A program made the translations under genes and the position numbers. A DNA stretch of 64,000 bases, taken from positions 69,254,001 through 69,318,000 of the forward strand of contig OX597821.1 of the NCBI GenBank assembly GCA_951406725.2, read 5' to 3'. This document shows positions 25,995 through 38,783 of the stretch, in pieces. Source of the DNA: Octopus vulgaris. Its lineage: Eukaryota. The notes beneath the pieces are model-generated. The model was not told where the DNA came from. It did no database searches and saw nothing but the letters and a program-made list of their open reading frames with translations. Every line of letters starts with the position of its first letter. Positions within the stretch are counted from its first letter, which is position 1.

Positions 25995-26595
25995 TTCATC
26001 ATCATTTAGTGTCTGCTTTCCATGCTGGCATGGGTTAGATGGTTTGACTGGAACTGGCAAGCCAGAGAGCTGCACCAAGTTCTAGTCTGGTTTGGCATGG
26101 TTTCTATGACTGGTTGCCCTTCCTAATACCAACTACTCCAAGGGTGTAATGGGTGCTTTTAACCTGCCATCAGCTTGGGTGCTTTTACGTTCCATCGGCT
26201 TGGGTGCCAGTCATGTGACACCAGCATCAGCCATGACTACAATTTCACTTAATTTGATGGGTCTTCTCAAGCATGGCATATCGTCAAAGGTCTCGGGCAC
26301 TTGTCATTGCCTCCATGATACCCATTGTTTGAAGATCATGCTTTGCCATCTTGTCCTGTGTCTTCCTGGGTCTATCTCTCCCACAAGTTCCCGTCACATT
26401 TAGAGATCAGGACTTCTTTACATAACTGTCTTCATCTATCCACATCACATGGTCATACCAGCACAGACGTCTCTCTTGCACACCACATCTGATGCATCTT
26501 ATACCTAACTTTTCTCTCGAGATGCTCATGCACTGTCGTACATGCATACTGACATTGCACAGCCAGCGAAACATACCAACTTCATTTCTTTCATC
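25995..26595 (-). mobile_element. Older 5'-truncated RTE LINE (ORF end plus 3' UTR)
   Basis: (CAT)n and CCATGCTGGCATGGGTT tail. 26290-26590 parallels 55210-55510 (GTCTCTCTTGCACACCAC). Confidence 0.75.
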
Positions 26596-26730
26596 ATATT
26601 TTATGTATAGTTAGTACAGGGGAGGGGGAGCAGATGTAATTGACCAACCTCTTTCCTCAGATGTTGGGCTTATGCCCGTGTTAGAAATTAAGAGCAGTGA
26701 AATGGCAGAAGTACCTCATGGTACTCATGG

Positions 26731-26964
26731 AAGGTGGCGAGCTGGCAGAAACGTTAGCACGCCGGGCGAAATACTTAGTGGTATTTCGTCTGCCGTTACG
26801 TTCTGAGTTCCAATTCTGCCGAGGTTGACTTTGCCTTTCATCCTTTCGGGGTCGATAAATTAAGTACCAGTTAACGCACTGGGGTTGATGTAATCAACTT
26901 AATCCCTTTGTCTGTCCTTGTTTGTCCCCTCTAAGTTTAGCCCCTTGTGGGCACTAGAGAAATA
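26731..26964 (+). mobile_element. Young full-length Meta/MESC-like tRNA SINE with 17-bp TSD
   Basis: CpG-rich. Core GCCTTTCATCCTTTCGGGGTCGATAAATTAAGTACCAG. TSD AGAAGTACCTCATGGTA at 26707-26723 and 26965-26981. Confidence 0.88.
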
Positions 26965-28418
26965 AGAAGTACCTCATGGTATTTAGTTCTGGTTTTTTAC
27001 ATTCTGAGTTCAAATTCTGTTGAAGTTAACTTTGTCTTTCATCCTTTTGGGGTCAACAAAATAAAGTGCCAGTCAAGTACTGAGGTTGATAGCATCAACT
27101 AATCTCCTTTTCTCAAATCGTTGGTGGTGTTCCTAAATTAGAATGATTGTTGGAGAATGTAATAGGGTGTTAGCTGTTTTCAACCAGTGTTCTAAGATAA
27201 CAATCTTTCATTCAAATTTAACATTAGGTCATGTTACTTTACTGTAGAAGTGAAAGCAAACAATCTCGAAGAGGTCTGAACTCAGAAGGTAGGAGCCAAT
27301 GAAACTAAATACTGCAAGGTATTAATCAGGATGCTGTACCATGTCTGATGAACTGCTGCTACCCATGTTATTGCAAGCCTTTTTTCAGTGACATAGAAGC
27401 AATGAAAAAATAAAAAAAAACTACACTTTCATAAACCTACCAACCAACCAACGAGTGAGCAATGTTTTCTTTGGGGATAAAGATGATATTTTTTGGAATA
27501 AACAATTCATTAAAAGAAGTAGTCAAATTCCAGAAAATATATGTGTATGTACACAAACGTGCGCACGCATGCACACACACACAGGGAAGAGGAAAAGTAT
27601 TAAAACAAAAAGGCCAAGTTGAAAATAGAGTTGGTGGCTGAGTGGGTGTCATTAGGGAAAGTGATTGATACCTGGAAGAAGATATTTGTAATGAAAAGAA
27701 AGAGTAAGAAAACTGAGAGAGCCGGAGAGGTTTTTTTTTTTTTTTGAAACTCTGGTTCTCTCTCTGAGTTGGGTGAGGTATATTGGTGGTGGTGATGGTA
27801 TGTATGTGTGTGTCTGTGTGTATGTGCATATATATATAGGTACCATGTAAAAAGCACTTGTGCTGGTACCATGTACAAAAGCACCTGTGGTTGGCATTAA
27901 GAAGTGCATTCAGTCATAGGAACCACGCCAAAACAGATGGCTAGGGCCTGTTGCAGCTCTCCGGCTTGCCAGTTCCTGTCAAATTGTCCAAGCCTTTCCA
28001 GCATGGAAAGCAGATATTACATGATGATGATAATGTCTATGAACATATGTATACTCAGGAGTTTTTGTTAGCGGTTGCTTACATTGCTGCTTCTCCAAAA
28101 ATTGCTGAGTTACAAGTGGTGATGTTGTCATTAACTCTTTCAACAAATCAGTAGCTGGCTTTGTTCCTTCAAGGTTTGTAGAATGAGGTTCCTTACATGA
28201 AAAAAACATTTCAGGATTAGTGACATAGTGACAGGAAGAGTATCCGGCTATCAAACAGTGTCTCAATAATATATTCATCTCATCCATGCCAGCATGGAGA
28301 AACGATCATAAAAACAGGCACAGCTGTGTGGTTAATTTAATTTTGTAGTCACATGTATTTAGATTCAGGCACCCTGCACCAACCAATGCTTATGAAATGA
28401 ATTTGGTTGACAGAATTA

Positions 28419-28581
28419 GGTGCAGAAGTGGCTGTGTGGTAAGTAGTTTGCTTACCAACCATATGGTTCTGCGTTCAGTTCCACTGCATGGCATCTTGGG
28501 CAAATGTCTTCTACTATAGCCTTGGGCTGACCAAAGCCTTGTGAGGGGATTTGGTTGAAGGAAACTGAAAGAAGCCCATTG

Positions 28582-28614
<33 letters not shown>

Positions 28615-28840
28615 GTATGTACGTATGTATGTAGATGTTTGCGTGTCTGTGTTTGTCCCCCCAACATTGCTTGACAACTGATGCTAGTGTGTTTAAGTCC
28701 CTGTCACTTAGCGGTTTGGCGAGAGAGACCGATAGAATAAGTACTAGGCTTACAAAGAATAAGTCCTGGGGTCGATTTGCTTGACTAAAGACAGTGCTCC
28801 AGCATGGCCACAATCAAATGACTGAAACAAATAAAAGGAA
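28419..28840 (+). mobile_element. Full-length CORE-like tRNA SINE
   Basis: Colinear with 10097-10479. Confidence 0.8.
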
Positions 28841-29760
28841 ATAATAGGAACTCTTTCAGTACATAAAAGAGAACAAAAAAAGGTTTCATTATGATTACTT
28901 TATTCAGAATGAAAGCAAAGAGAAATTAAATCTAATGGAATAAGTAATAAACCTTTCTATTATAGGCACAAGGCCTGAAATTCAGGAATGGGGATAGTCG
29001 GTTATTTTAACACCAGTACTCAACTGGTACTTAACTTATCGACCCCGAAAGGATGAAATGTAAAGTCAACCTCAGCAAAATTTGGACTCAGAACATAGCG
29101 ACAGGCGAAATACTGCTAAGCATTTCGTCCAGCCTTCTGACAATTCTGCCAGCTTGCCGCTTTAACGGAATAAGTAATAATAATCTGTTCACAACAGTGA
29201 AGAGAAACTACCTTTTTTTTTTTTTTTTTTTTTTTTAGTTATTTTTATAATGGTAGTCAACAATCAAATTGAGATTAACATATATTAGAAGTTTGCAAAC
29301 TCAAGAATAGTGTCTACTTTTTACTTCATGTCACCCAAAACATACTAGAACAAATATTCCAATTATTTTAATCAAAAGAATATTCACAGCTGTATCCAAT
29401 ATAAATACTCATGAGATCAGCCTCAAGAACTTAAAGATACGTTCACCCACAAGCATTATTTACCATTCTTGATTGATGTTGGGTTACAATGAGGCAAGAC
29501 AATATTTGGATACTAAAACAGGCAAAATGAAACAATATACCTGAATTGAAAGCATTACCATATGTTTCCACTCAAAATCTTTGAAACAGTGAAACCTATA
29601 ACATTATTTTTCAAAATGAACTGATACTGAGAAAGGACACTTGGATATATCTATATATATATATAAATAAATATATATATCTATATATATATATAAATAA
29701 ATATATATATCTATATATATATATAAATAAATATATATATCTATATATATATATAAATAA

Positions 29761-29792
<32 letters not shown>

Positions 29793-30826
29793 GTAGATGT
29801 TTGTGTGTCTGTGTTTGTCCCTCCAACATTGCTTGACAACTGATGCTAGTGTGTTTAAGTCCCCGTCACTTAGCGGTTTGGCGAGAGAGATCAATAGAAT
29901 AAGTCTAGGCTTACAAAGAATAAGTCCTGGGGTCAATTTGCTTGACTAAAGACAGTGCTCCAGCATGGCTGCAGTCAAATGCCTGAAACAAATAAAAGGA
30001 AATAATAGAAAGAAACTCTTTCAGTACATAAAAGAGAACAAGAAAAGGTTTCATTATGATAATTTATTCAGAATGAAAGCAAAGAGAAATTAAATGAATT
30101 AAAATTTTATCTAATAGAATAAGTAATAAACCTTTCTATTATAGGCAGAAGGCCTGAAATTCAGGAATGGGGTTAGTCGGTTATTTTAACACCAGTACTC
30201 AACTGGTACTTAACTTATCGACCCCGAAAGGATGAAATGTAAAGTCAACCTCAGCAAAATTTGGACTCAGAACATAGCGACAGGCGAAATACTGCTAAGC
30301 ATTTCGTCCAGCCTTCTGACAATTCTGCCAGCTTGCCGCTTTAACGGAATAAGTAATAATAATCTGTTCACAACAGTGAAGAGAAACTACCTTTTTTTTT
30401 TTTTTTTTTTTTTTTAGTTATTTTTATAATGGTAGTCAACAATCAAATTGAGATTAACATATATTAGAAGTTTGCAAACTCAAGAATAGTGTCTACTTTT
30501 TACTTCATGTCACCCAAAACATACTAGAACAAATATTCCAATTATTTTAATCAAAAGAATATTCACAGCTGTATCCAATATAAATACTCATGAGATCAGC
30601 CTCAAGAACTTAAAGATACGTTCACCCACAAACATTATTTACCATTCTTGATTGATGTTGGGTTACAATGAGGCAAGACAATATTTGGATACTAAAACAG
30701 GCAAAATGAAACAATATACCTGAATTGAAAGCATTACCATATGTTTCCACTCAAAATCTTTGAAACAGTGAAACCTATAACATTATTTTTCAAAATGAAC
30801 TGATACTGAGAAAGGACACTTGGATA
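28600..30826. repeat. Tandem duplication of about 1.05 kb (about 28600-29647 and about 29770-30826)
   Basis: Identical 61-aa pseudo-ORFs at 29053 and 30232 (offset 1179). Both copies end in GAAAGGACACTTGGATA. Confidence 0.95.
29645..29770. repeat. 30-bp period AT satellite, 4 copies
   Basis: (ATATATATATCTATATATATATATAAATAA) repeated 4 times at the duplication junction. Confidence 0.9.
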
Positions 30827-32383
30827 AATCATTTGTTTGCAAATGCATAATTATTACAAAAAGTAAAAGATGACTGAAGTCAATGAAATGCCAAATTATA
30901 TTCAACAACACTGCAACCAACAATTAAAGAATGTGGATAATCCAGACGGTTAAAATTTCCATTATAAAACCAGCATAATGTTTCAGTGTAAACTATTTTT
31001 CCTTTAACCAAAGGTTGAATTTATGGAATAACATATTCAGCATGTAGAGAGAATTATATAGGACAAACTGGACTAGTTTAATAAAACAAGTGACATTACA
31101 TACAGTGTCCCAACTACAGACAAATATCAAATATATCTTAGTGAGATATTAGGTACATGGGGTGGTAATCGTCAACAAAATGAATTTTCTTGTTGTATCA
31201 GTGTGCACATGGTACATCTGAGTTACAGTAAATTAATTGAGAATTTACATCTGTTGAAAAAATATTGTGTTTGCATATGTGTACTATGTAAGACAAGATA
31301 TGGTAAAATTTTCACATATTTCTTATGCAAAATCCTCACAGATTTTGAACCATGCATACTTATACAGGTCTTGTGTAATGTATGTAGCACACAATTATTT
31401 ATATGTAATGTGGTTTTGAAGTGAGCTACTACTGAAACAATTGTAACCAGTATTAAATTTATGCTATACTAATGTCATCATTGCTGTCATCATCATGTGC
31501 ATTGGTTGTTTATATTCATGTATATTTTCTTTCATGAATGATCTTAGGTGCTCCAACAAGTGACTGCCAGTTAGTACTATCAACCTTAACTGTTGTCATG
31601 TTTTTCAGTTTTATCCCTGTGTCTTGTAGTTGTTGGTTTTTTCATCTCAGTTTTTATGAGTTGGCTTCCATAGCAACAGCTGATATGCTGTCTTATATCG
31701 GCTTCTCTGACAGTTACCTATAAACTTTAATCATCATTGTTGCAATATGGTTGTTATTAGCAGTTAGATTGCTATAACAGTTTTATGTTTCTTCCATGTC
31801 ATGTAGAGAGTTGCTTATAGTAATCTTGTGTAGGCACTGTCCCATCAATTTCCTGGGGTTTTGTTAGAGACCATGTTTTAGTACCATACATCAGCACACT
31901 CTCTGTTGTTGTTCTGAAGAATCTTTCAGATCTCATTTTAGATTTGCATGTCTCAGAGATCAGGGAGTGTCTCCTGGTCAAGTCACCACTCCTTTGTACT
32001 GAAAGGTCACAGCTATGGTACTACAAAGCTGCAGGAAGGGATCACAAAGTGGATTCTTCAAACCAAGCCAACCGACAAGAAACCTAGTGGTAGCCCATTA
32101 GTGACATAGTTTCAGTTGACCGTGTTTGGGAATGCACTGGAAAATATAATGATGTTTGGTTTGATAGGACTATATGGAGGACGTGCTTGAGACCCCCCCC
32201 CCCATGATCCTCCTAGGAACAGTGGGCTGGATGGACTTCTGTTGCTTTGATAGCTGCTGACTAATTTTGAGCTTTCTACTCTTTCCTGAGTGTGTTTGTT
32301 ATTCAGATACTGAGATACTGGAAATATTTCACTTCTTTCAGTTTGTGTCCTTAGATAAACATATATCTGTTGAAGCTGATTAA

Positions 32384-32604
32384 CCCTTTAGCATTTAAAC
32401 TGGCCATATCCGGCCAGAAGTATTCTGCCTGTTTTATGTTCAAACTGACCAGATCTGGTCTCTCACACCAACCCTGCAATATCGTTTTAAAAAGTAACAG
32501 CTACCTCATCAAAATCTCATAGCTACAAGATAATGCATGATTAGTTCAAAACAATGTGGATGAATAAGCATTAATTTTGGGGGAATAATGCAAGCACTAA
32601 AGGG
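32384..32604. mobile_element. TTAA-flanked piggyBac-like MITE, family A
   Basis: TTAA-CCCTTTAG...CTAAAGGG-TTAA. Confidence 0.85.
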
Positions 32605-32758
32605 TTAAGAGAGGTGAACTCAGTATTTGTCTTGTTCACATATAAGTATATTTGAGTAGCTGCAATTTTTATTCTTAGCCACAGTTGCTGGCCTTCTTCA
32701 CTTAGATCTGATAACAATGCAGTATCATCTGCAAAATCTGCATCTGTTATTGCTTTAA

Positions 32759-32977
32759 CCCTTCAGCATTCGGACTACTTTGTCGAACATAGTGTTTATC
32801 TATTGGCATTGTTTTTAGTTGATTGTAGATTATTTCGTAGCTTCAAGATTTTAATGATGCGAGTGTTTAGTTCTAGAATGGCATTGTAGGGTAGGTGTGA
32901 GAGGCTGGATGGGTTGGTTTGAACACAAAACTGGTGAAATATTTTGGCTGGATATGGCTGGTTTAAATGCTAAATGA
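32759..32977. mobile_element. Family A TTAA MITE, opposite orientation
   Basis: TTAA-CCCTTCAGCATTC...AATGCTAAATGA-TTAA. Confidence 0.75.
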
Positions 32978-34154
32978 TTAAATGGATGTATTGGCTCTTT
33001 CCTTTTGGTGAGTGTTGAGTCCAGCAGATTGGTCAACTACTGCAATTTGAAAGACAGTTATATTAGGGGTACAAAATGCATAAATGTGTGTGTGTGTATG
33101 TGTATAAGTATGTATATATGCACATGTGTGTGTGTATTTTTTTACACATGTATGCAGACACTCACATCCTCACAAATACATCTGTATATGCATATACGGG
33201 CTCACAATGTTATCAGTGTTATTTCCATGAAGCAGTAAACTGGCAGACAATGCAACGCCAAATGTAAATGTCCCTGTGATGTACCAGTACCTGTTGAAAT
33301 GGACCATATTCCATACAAAGCAGTAAGTTTGTATGCAAGTGAAATGAAATTAATTAGTGTGATCCGTGTCACCTACAATAGATGATGGTCGCCCTGAATT
33401 ATCTGCCCTTGTTAGCTGAGAGATTTTCTAACAGTGTTTAGTGCTGCTGCAGCTTGCTCTTCCTTTCTTCCCCAGTTTCAAAGCTACTTCAAAAGAATGC
33501 TACTTTGTTGATGTTGTTTTAATTACCATTTATCAATTCATGTATTTACTTCCCATTTTACTTCTTTTTTTTTACATCATACCCCTTTTCGTTCAACTCT
33601 CCTGTTTTCCACTATAAATCCTCAAAGCTTCCGTAGCGGTCTGTCTTTGTCTGCTTCTCTATTTGTTGCAAACTTTTCATTGTCTGAGCAATTTCACAGG
33701 TAATACATGAATATAGCTTAACATTTTTTTTTTTTGTTCCACCATATTCTCACTCTGTCTTCAAGCAAGCTGAAGAATGTTCCACACACATACACACAAA
33801 AATGGATAATTATCCCTTTCTGCTACAGGTCGAAGGCCTGGTCTATTACATTGACCTCAGTGCTCAGCTGGTATTTATCTTATTGATCCTGAAAGGATGA
33901 AAGGCAAAGTCCACTTCGGTGGATAATAGTACTTATAATGGTTTCAAATTTTGGTACTAGGCCAGCAATTTTAGTATGAGGTGGTTAGTTATTTACAACC
34001 ACCCCAGTACTCGATAGTTTCTTTATTTCATTGAGCCTGTAAGGATGAAATGCAAAGTTGACCTGTGCATGATTTGAACTCTGAAAGTAAATAGCTGGAA
34101 AATTGCCACCAAGCATTTTGTCTGATATGCTAACAATTCTACCAGTTGACTGCC

Positions 34155-34209
<55 letters not shown>

Positions 34210-34220
34210 TATGTGTTGTT

Positions 34221-34718
34221 GTGTTGTTGTGTTGTGTTGTTTTGTCTTGGTATAAAAGATGGGCTATAGCAAATATTCTGCTCAATACCACAGATTTGCT
34301 TGTCAGTTGTTTGACCTTAACCAGTTGAGCATGTGCCTTAGTGGCTGATGATATGTGCATCTCTGATCACGAGCAGAAGTAGTGGGGGAGCATCATAGAC
34401 GTGTGTTGAAAGGAATTCTTAGAGGTTTGGATAATTCAACTTTGGAAACATGGGTGGTTCGTTCAACATCCTTAAACAATCCTTATTCAGGGACCTTTTG
34501 AGCAGGATGGGCTACTCGATCAGAAGAAAATTCTAACTGGACCCCACCTGCAAGGTCATGCGCTGTTTGTCTTGATATGAGATCACCATGTTGCGCACAT
34601 ATGGTTGTGATGTATGTGCCTGGTGTACCCTTATCAGATGGGTAGTTATGATGGTTATACTGGGCTTTGTATATTTTACCCCAGTGTCACTTTGATGGCA
34701 TGCACTACTCTCTCACTC

Positions 34719-34759
<41 letters not shown>

Positions 34760-34775
34760 TGATAATAATAATAAT
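34221..34775 (+). mobile_element. LINE-like 3' end with (AAT)n tail, inserted in an (AAT)n tract (possibly R4/Dong)
   Basis: Homologous to 15025-15598. Ends GTGTCACTTTGATGGCATGCAC...CTCTCACTC(AAT)n. A terminal fragment recurs at 43224-43290. Confidence 0.65.
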
Positions 34776-35203
34776 CCTTTCTACTATGGGCATGAGGGTT
34801 GAAATTTTTGTGGGGATGGGGACTAGTTGATTACAGTGACCTCAGTGTTCAGCTGGTACTTATTTTATCAACCTCAAAAGGATGAAAGACAGAATTGACC
34901 TCAGAAGGATTTCAACTCAGAACAGAGGCACAGACAAAATACTGGTAAGCATTTTGTTGGACACATTGCTTTAATAATAATAGTAATAGTGATAATAATA
35001 ATCCTGTGACTGTTGAGAAGGCTTTTATAATAGCAAGAGGGACTGTTATACTTTGCTATTATTGAATGCATCTCCTTCATTGAAGGACATATACACATAC
35101 ACATGCATACATACTCATGCATCTTTTTCTACTTGTACATACGTTTATATGCATAAATAATTGTACATAACACTGCATGCATGTTCACTTACACATCCAT
35201 GCA

Positions 35204-35234
<31 letters not shown>

Positions 35235-35869
35235 CTGCATGCACATAAGTATATACCCCTAGCTCTCACACAAACAGTCACGTTCACATTTTTTTTATGC
35301 ATGCACACACACTTCTGAAAGTACATCTGTATGCTTGTGCACGCACACACACACACACACAGAAGCTCATGCATATGCACACTTACTTATTCTTGTTAAA
35401 ACAAACTCTCGCACGCACATCCTTGTGCATACTTCTTAACATACTCTCTTCTCCTCGTTGTCATCTTCACACCTACGTACATGTGGACTTTTCTTACATA
35501 GTTCCTTATTCTTACCTTATGTCAACTGTTTCTCTGTGATCTCAATATACTAGTTGTTACTTTGTAGTTGATAGTATATCTTGAAACTATTATTTCTCAG
35601 TACTTGCTTATTGATCTACTACAATCAATAGACTATCAACATCTATTGGAGCTCTGCCATTCTAAATACCCTCAAACTATTTCATTTATTATCAATCTTC
35701 TCATTTTGAAATATCAGCTTTCTTCTTTTTCCAACCATTCTTCTCTCAACTTCGCTGCCTTATTTCTCTCTCTTTCACTTCAGTTTTTTTTAATCAATAA
35801 AATTTCAATAGTTGGTCTTCTTCTGTCATCCTTATCGCTATCATCATCACCACCATCATATTTGGTTTG

Positions 35870-35907
35870 TATGTGTGTGTGTATATATATACACATGTGT
35901 ATATGTT

Positions 35908-35955
<48 letters not shown>

Positions 35956-36012
35956 TATATGTGTGTGTGTGTATATATTTATGTATATATATATATAGAT
36001 GTATATATATAG

Positions 36013-36043
<31 letters not shown>

Positions 36044-36063
36044 TATATATATATATATATATA
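35870..36063. repeat. Compound (TA)n/(TG)n microsatellite
   Basis: Read directly. Confidence 0.9.
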
Positions 36064-36924
36064 TTTGAAATTTACAGAAAGACAAAGAGGTGTATGAACA
36101 ACATATGCACATATATATCATATATATATAATTGGATTTGGTAGATGGAAACTGAAAGAAGCTCTCTCTCTCTGTCACACACACACGATTGCTGCATGCA
36201 TGGCACTTTGTGCAAGTGTCTTCTACTATTGGTGCAGGTCGATCAAAGCCTTTTGAGTGAGTTTAGTAAACAGAAACTGAAAAAAAAAAAAAAAATTTGC
36301 TGCATATGTGTGTATGTTGGTATCTCCTTGCCTTGACATCACTTGACTGTTGTAAACAAGTGTCACTCAGGCAAACAGTATCCTTCATTTTCAATCTTCC
36401 ATAAAAACATGTCTGGGGAAACATTACCTTATTTGGAAACAGGGGAGAGTTGGTGGCAGGCAGAACATTTGGCCATAGTAAACCTGCCTTAACAAATTCT
36501 TTCCGACCAACATGAGCATTGAAATGTGGACGTTAAAAATCAACGATAGTAATAGCTTCTGTTGTCTGGTGCTAACTTCAAGAGCTGAGTTTGTGATTTG
36601 TTTCCAGTAGTCAATTCAAATTTTACAACACTGAGCTCTCTTGCATTTGACTGTATGTCGACAACCCTATATTTCTTTTCCTCTTAAATTTTGGTGCATC
36701 ATGCTTTGCTTCTCAAGTCTATTGTTCTGTGGGTAGGACTGGTTTATAACACTCAGTTCTTTTTATGTGTGTTGATTCTGTGTGACCTTATCTGCAAAGA
36801 CACAACGTTCTCAATTTCGTCTTAGTTACATCTTGACTTAACCCTGTTTTGCTAATCATTTTCCACAATCTAGAAATAGAACTCTTTCATCTAAATTATT
36901 TTGCCCTCTATAATTTATACTATA

Positions 36925-37190
36925 CTAGCTGGTCCCCATGCCGACAAAATTGACAGCTAATTGTAGTATACACTTGTCAGTGTTCATATACATTCACATA
37001 CTTTCCTTGTACACATACACATATATGCTCACACAGAGTTGAAACACTGTTTGATTTTTCTTTTTAACATTGAATATTCACTATCTCACCAGTTTGCCAT
37101 CACCTCTTCCTTCCTTAGCCATCTATCACCCCTTCTTTTCTCATTCATATGTTGTGATGGAGAAAAATACAAGTGTATTATCATAGTAGA
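36925..37190 (-). mobile_element. Possible degenerate non-autonomous Helitron
   Basis: Minus strand begins TCTACTAT and ends CTAG, between A and T. No clear subterminal hairpin. Confidence 0.35.
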
Positions 37191-38456
37191 TGACAGGATC
37201 TATGTAAATGCTTATTACTGTTTATAACTTTTCTTGACCATACTTGAACTCTGTAGTTATTTCATATTTAATTCAGTTTTAAGTTAACTTTGTGAACCTA
37301 GTGTACCATGCTTTCTCATTTCCCCCCAATCTCTACTTGTCTCCATTCACTACTATATACCATTCCACTTTTCACATATCTCATTTATTTTAATCTTACT
37401 ACTGAGAACTTAGAAGAAATACTGTACATTGCGCATATGTGTGTGTGTGCACGTGCGTTCATTTTGATGACTTCTCTAAAATTTCTAGATGGCATATTGC
37501 ACTAGTTGCCTGATGAGGAAAAAGTAAGTTCCCTGTGCACTTCTTGTTTAAAAGGTTTGGTTTTAGGAAAAGCAGCCAGCTCAAACGAAGGAAATGTATT
37601 GATATACATAACCACTGTATTTGAGACAAAACCTTTAGTGCTATTGGGATAAAATGTTGATCATAAGGACATAAAGATATGTAGATTTTTACCGTGTTCA
37701 TTTTTATTAGCTCTTCTTTTTTTAATGTATTGGTTAATGCGTTTATGTTTTCTTTCCATTGTAGATGAATATTTACATAGTTTGTTGATGTTTAGCTTCA
37801 GTTCAGCTCCTATTGAGCAAACCTTTAATTAAAGACATTCAAGCTAATATCACCTTGTCTTTGTTTAAAGTATAAAATATCCACGTATCCAGAACTGTAT
37901 TATCCTTGCTATGCACATCTCCTCTTTTTAAGACAATTGGAATGTAATTTGAGAGTGATTTAGCTGCTGTATTTAGTAGGTCAAGCAAGCAAACAGAGGC
38001 TCCCTCACTGGCTCATATTTACACATAGTGTTGAAGCAGCTGATTTACAGCTGACTGAATTTCTTGTTCCAGATAGTTATTCAGCAAGTGAGTGTAACTA
38101 ATCTTCTTTCTAAGTAAACTCATATCAGTAATCAAAGCAGATTAATGTGTCATGTTTTATGGTGGCACAATGTAAATCCTTTGATTGGTTTTGAAAACAT
38201 GACCCAGTTAAATCATCACATTAGCCGCTCTTGTCATCTAAATTCTACCTCTTGATAATGGATGTTGATTTCTTTGTTAGACACAGCATATAATTTGTTA
38301 AGTTGATTCGTTGACCATAACAGGATTTGATTTCAACAGGGTGGAAAAAGAAACTACTTGCTTGAGAAAATTCTTTTATTGTTCATGCTAACAACTTGAG
38401 AGAGGTACACCATGCACCAGACACCATTACATTATTCTCACTGTGATGTGTATGAA

Positions 38457-38783
38457 GGCGCATGGCTCAGTGGTTAGAGCGTTGAGCTTACGATCATGAG
38501 GTTGTGAGCTCGTATCCCGGACTGGCTGCGTATTGTGTTCTTGAGCAAGACACTTTACTTCACATTGCTCCAGTTCACTCAGCTGTTGAAATGAGTTGCG
38601 ACGTCACAGGTGCCAAGCAGTGTTGGATAACCAGTGTTGGATAACACTGGTGGTGTGGAGATGGGAGGCTGGTATGCATGGGTGACTGCTGGTCTTCCAT
38701 AAACAACCTTGCCTGGACTTGTGCCTGGGAGGGTAACTTTCTAGGGGCAATCCCGTGGTCTGTGTCGTGACCGAAGGGGGTCT
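38457..38783 (+). mobile_element. tRNA-derived SINE, third family (V/Deu-like central domain)
   Basis: TGGCTCAGTGGTTAGAGCG A box and GTGTTCTTGAGCAAGACACTTTA segment. A second copy lies on the minus strand at 62081-62390. Confidence 0.8.

Larger units (their letters stand above)
31800..33070 (-). mobile_element. Degenerate RTE-like reverse transcriptase remnant interrupted by two MITEs
   Basis: Minus-strand peptides LTKRK (~33000), AITDADFADDTALLSD (32705-32753), HKLKEVKYFQYL (~32320) and FFRTTTESVLMYGTKTWSLTK (~31880) occur in the expected order. Confidence 0.7.

Noticed and set aside
35568-36184. YI/CV-repeat ORFs, here and at similar tracts
   Set aside because: These are stop-free (TA)n/(TG)n microsatellites.
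38457-38530. tRNA gene
   Set aside because: It continues into a SINE body that recurs at 62081-62390.
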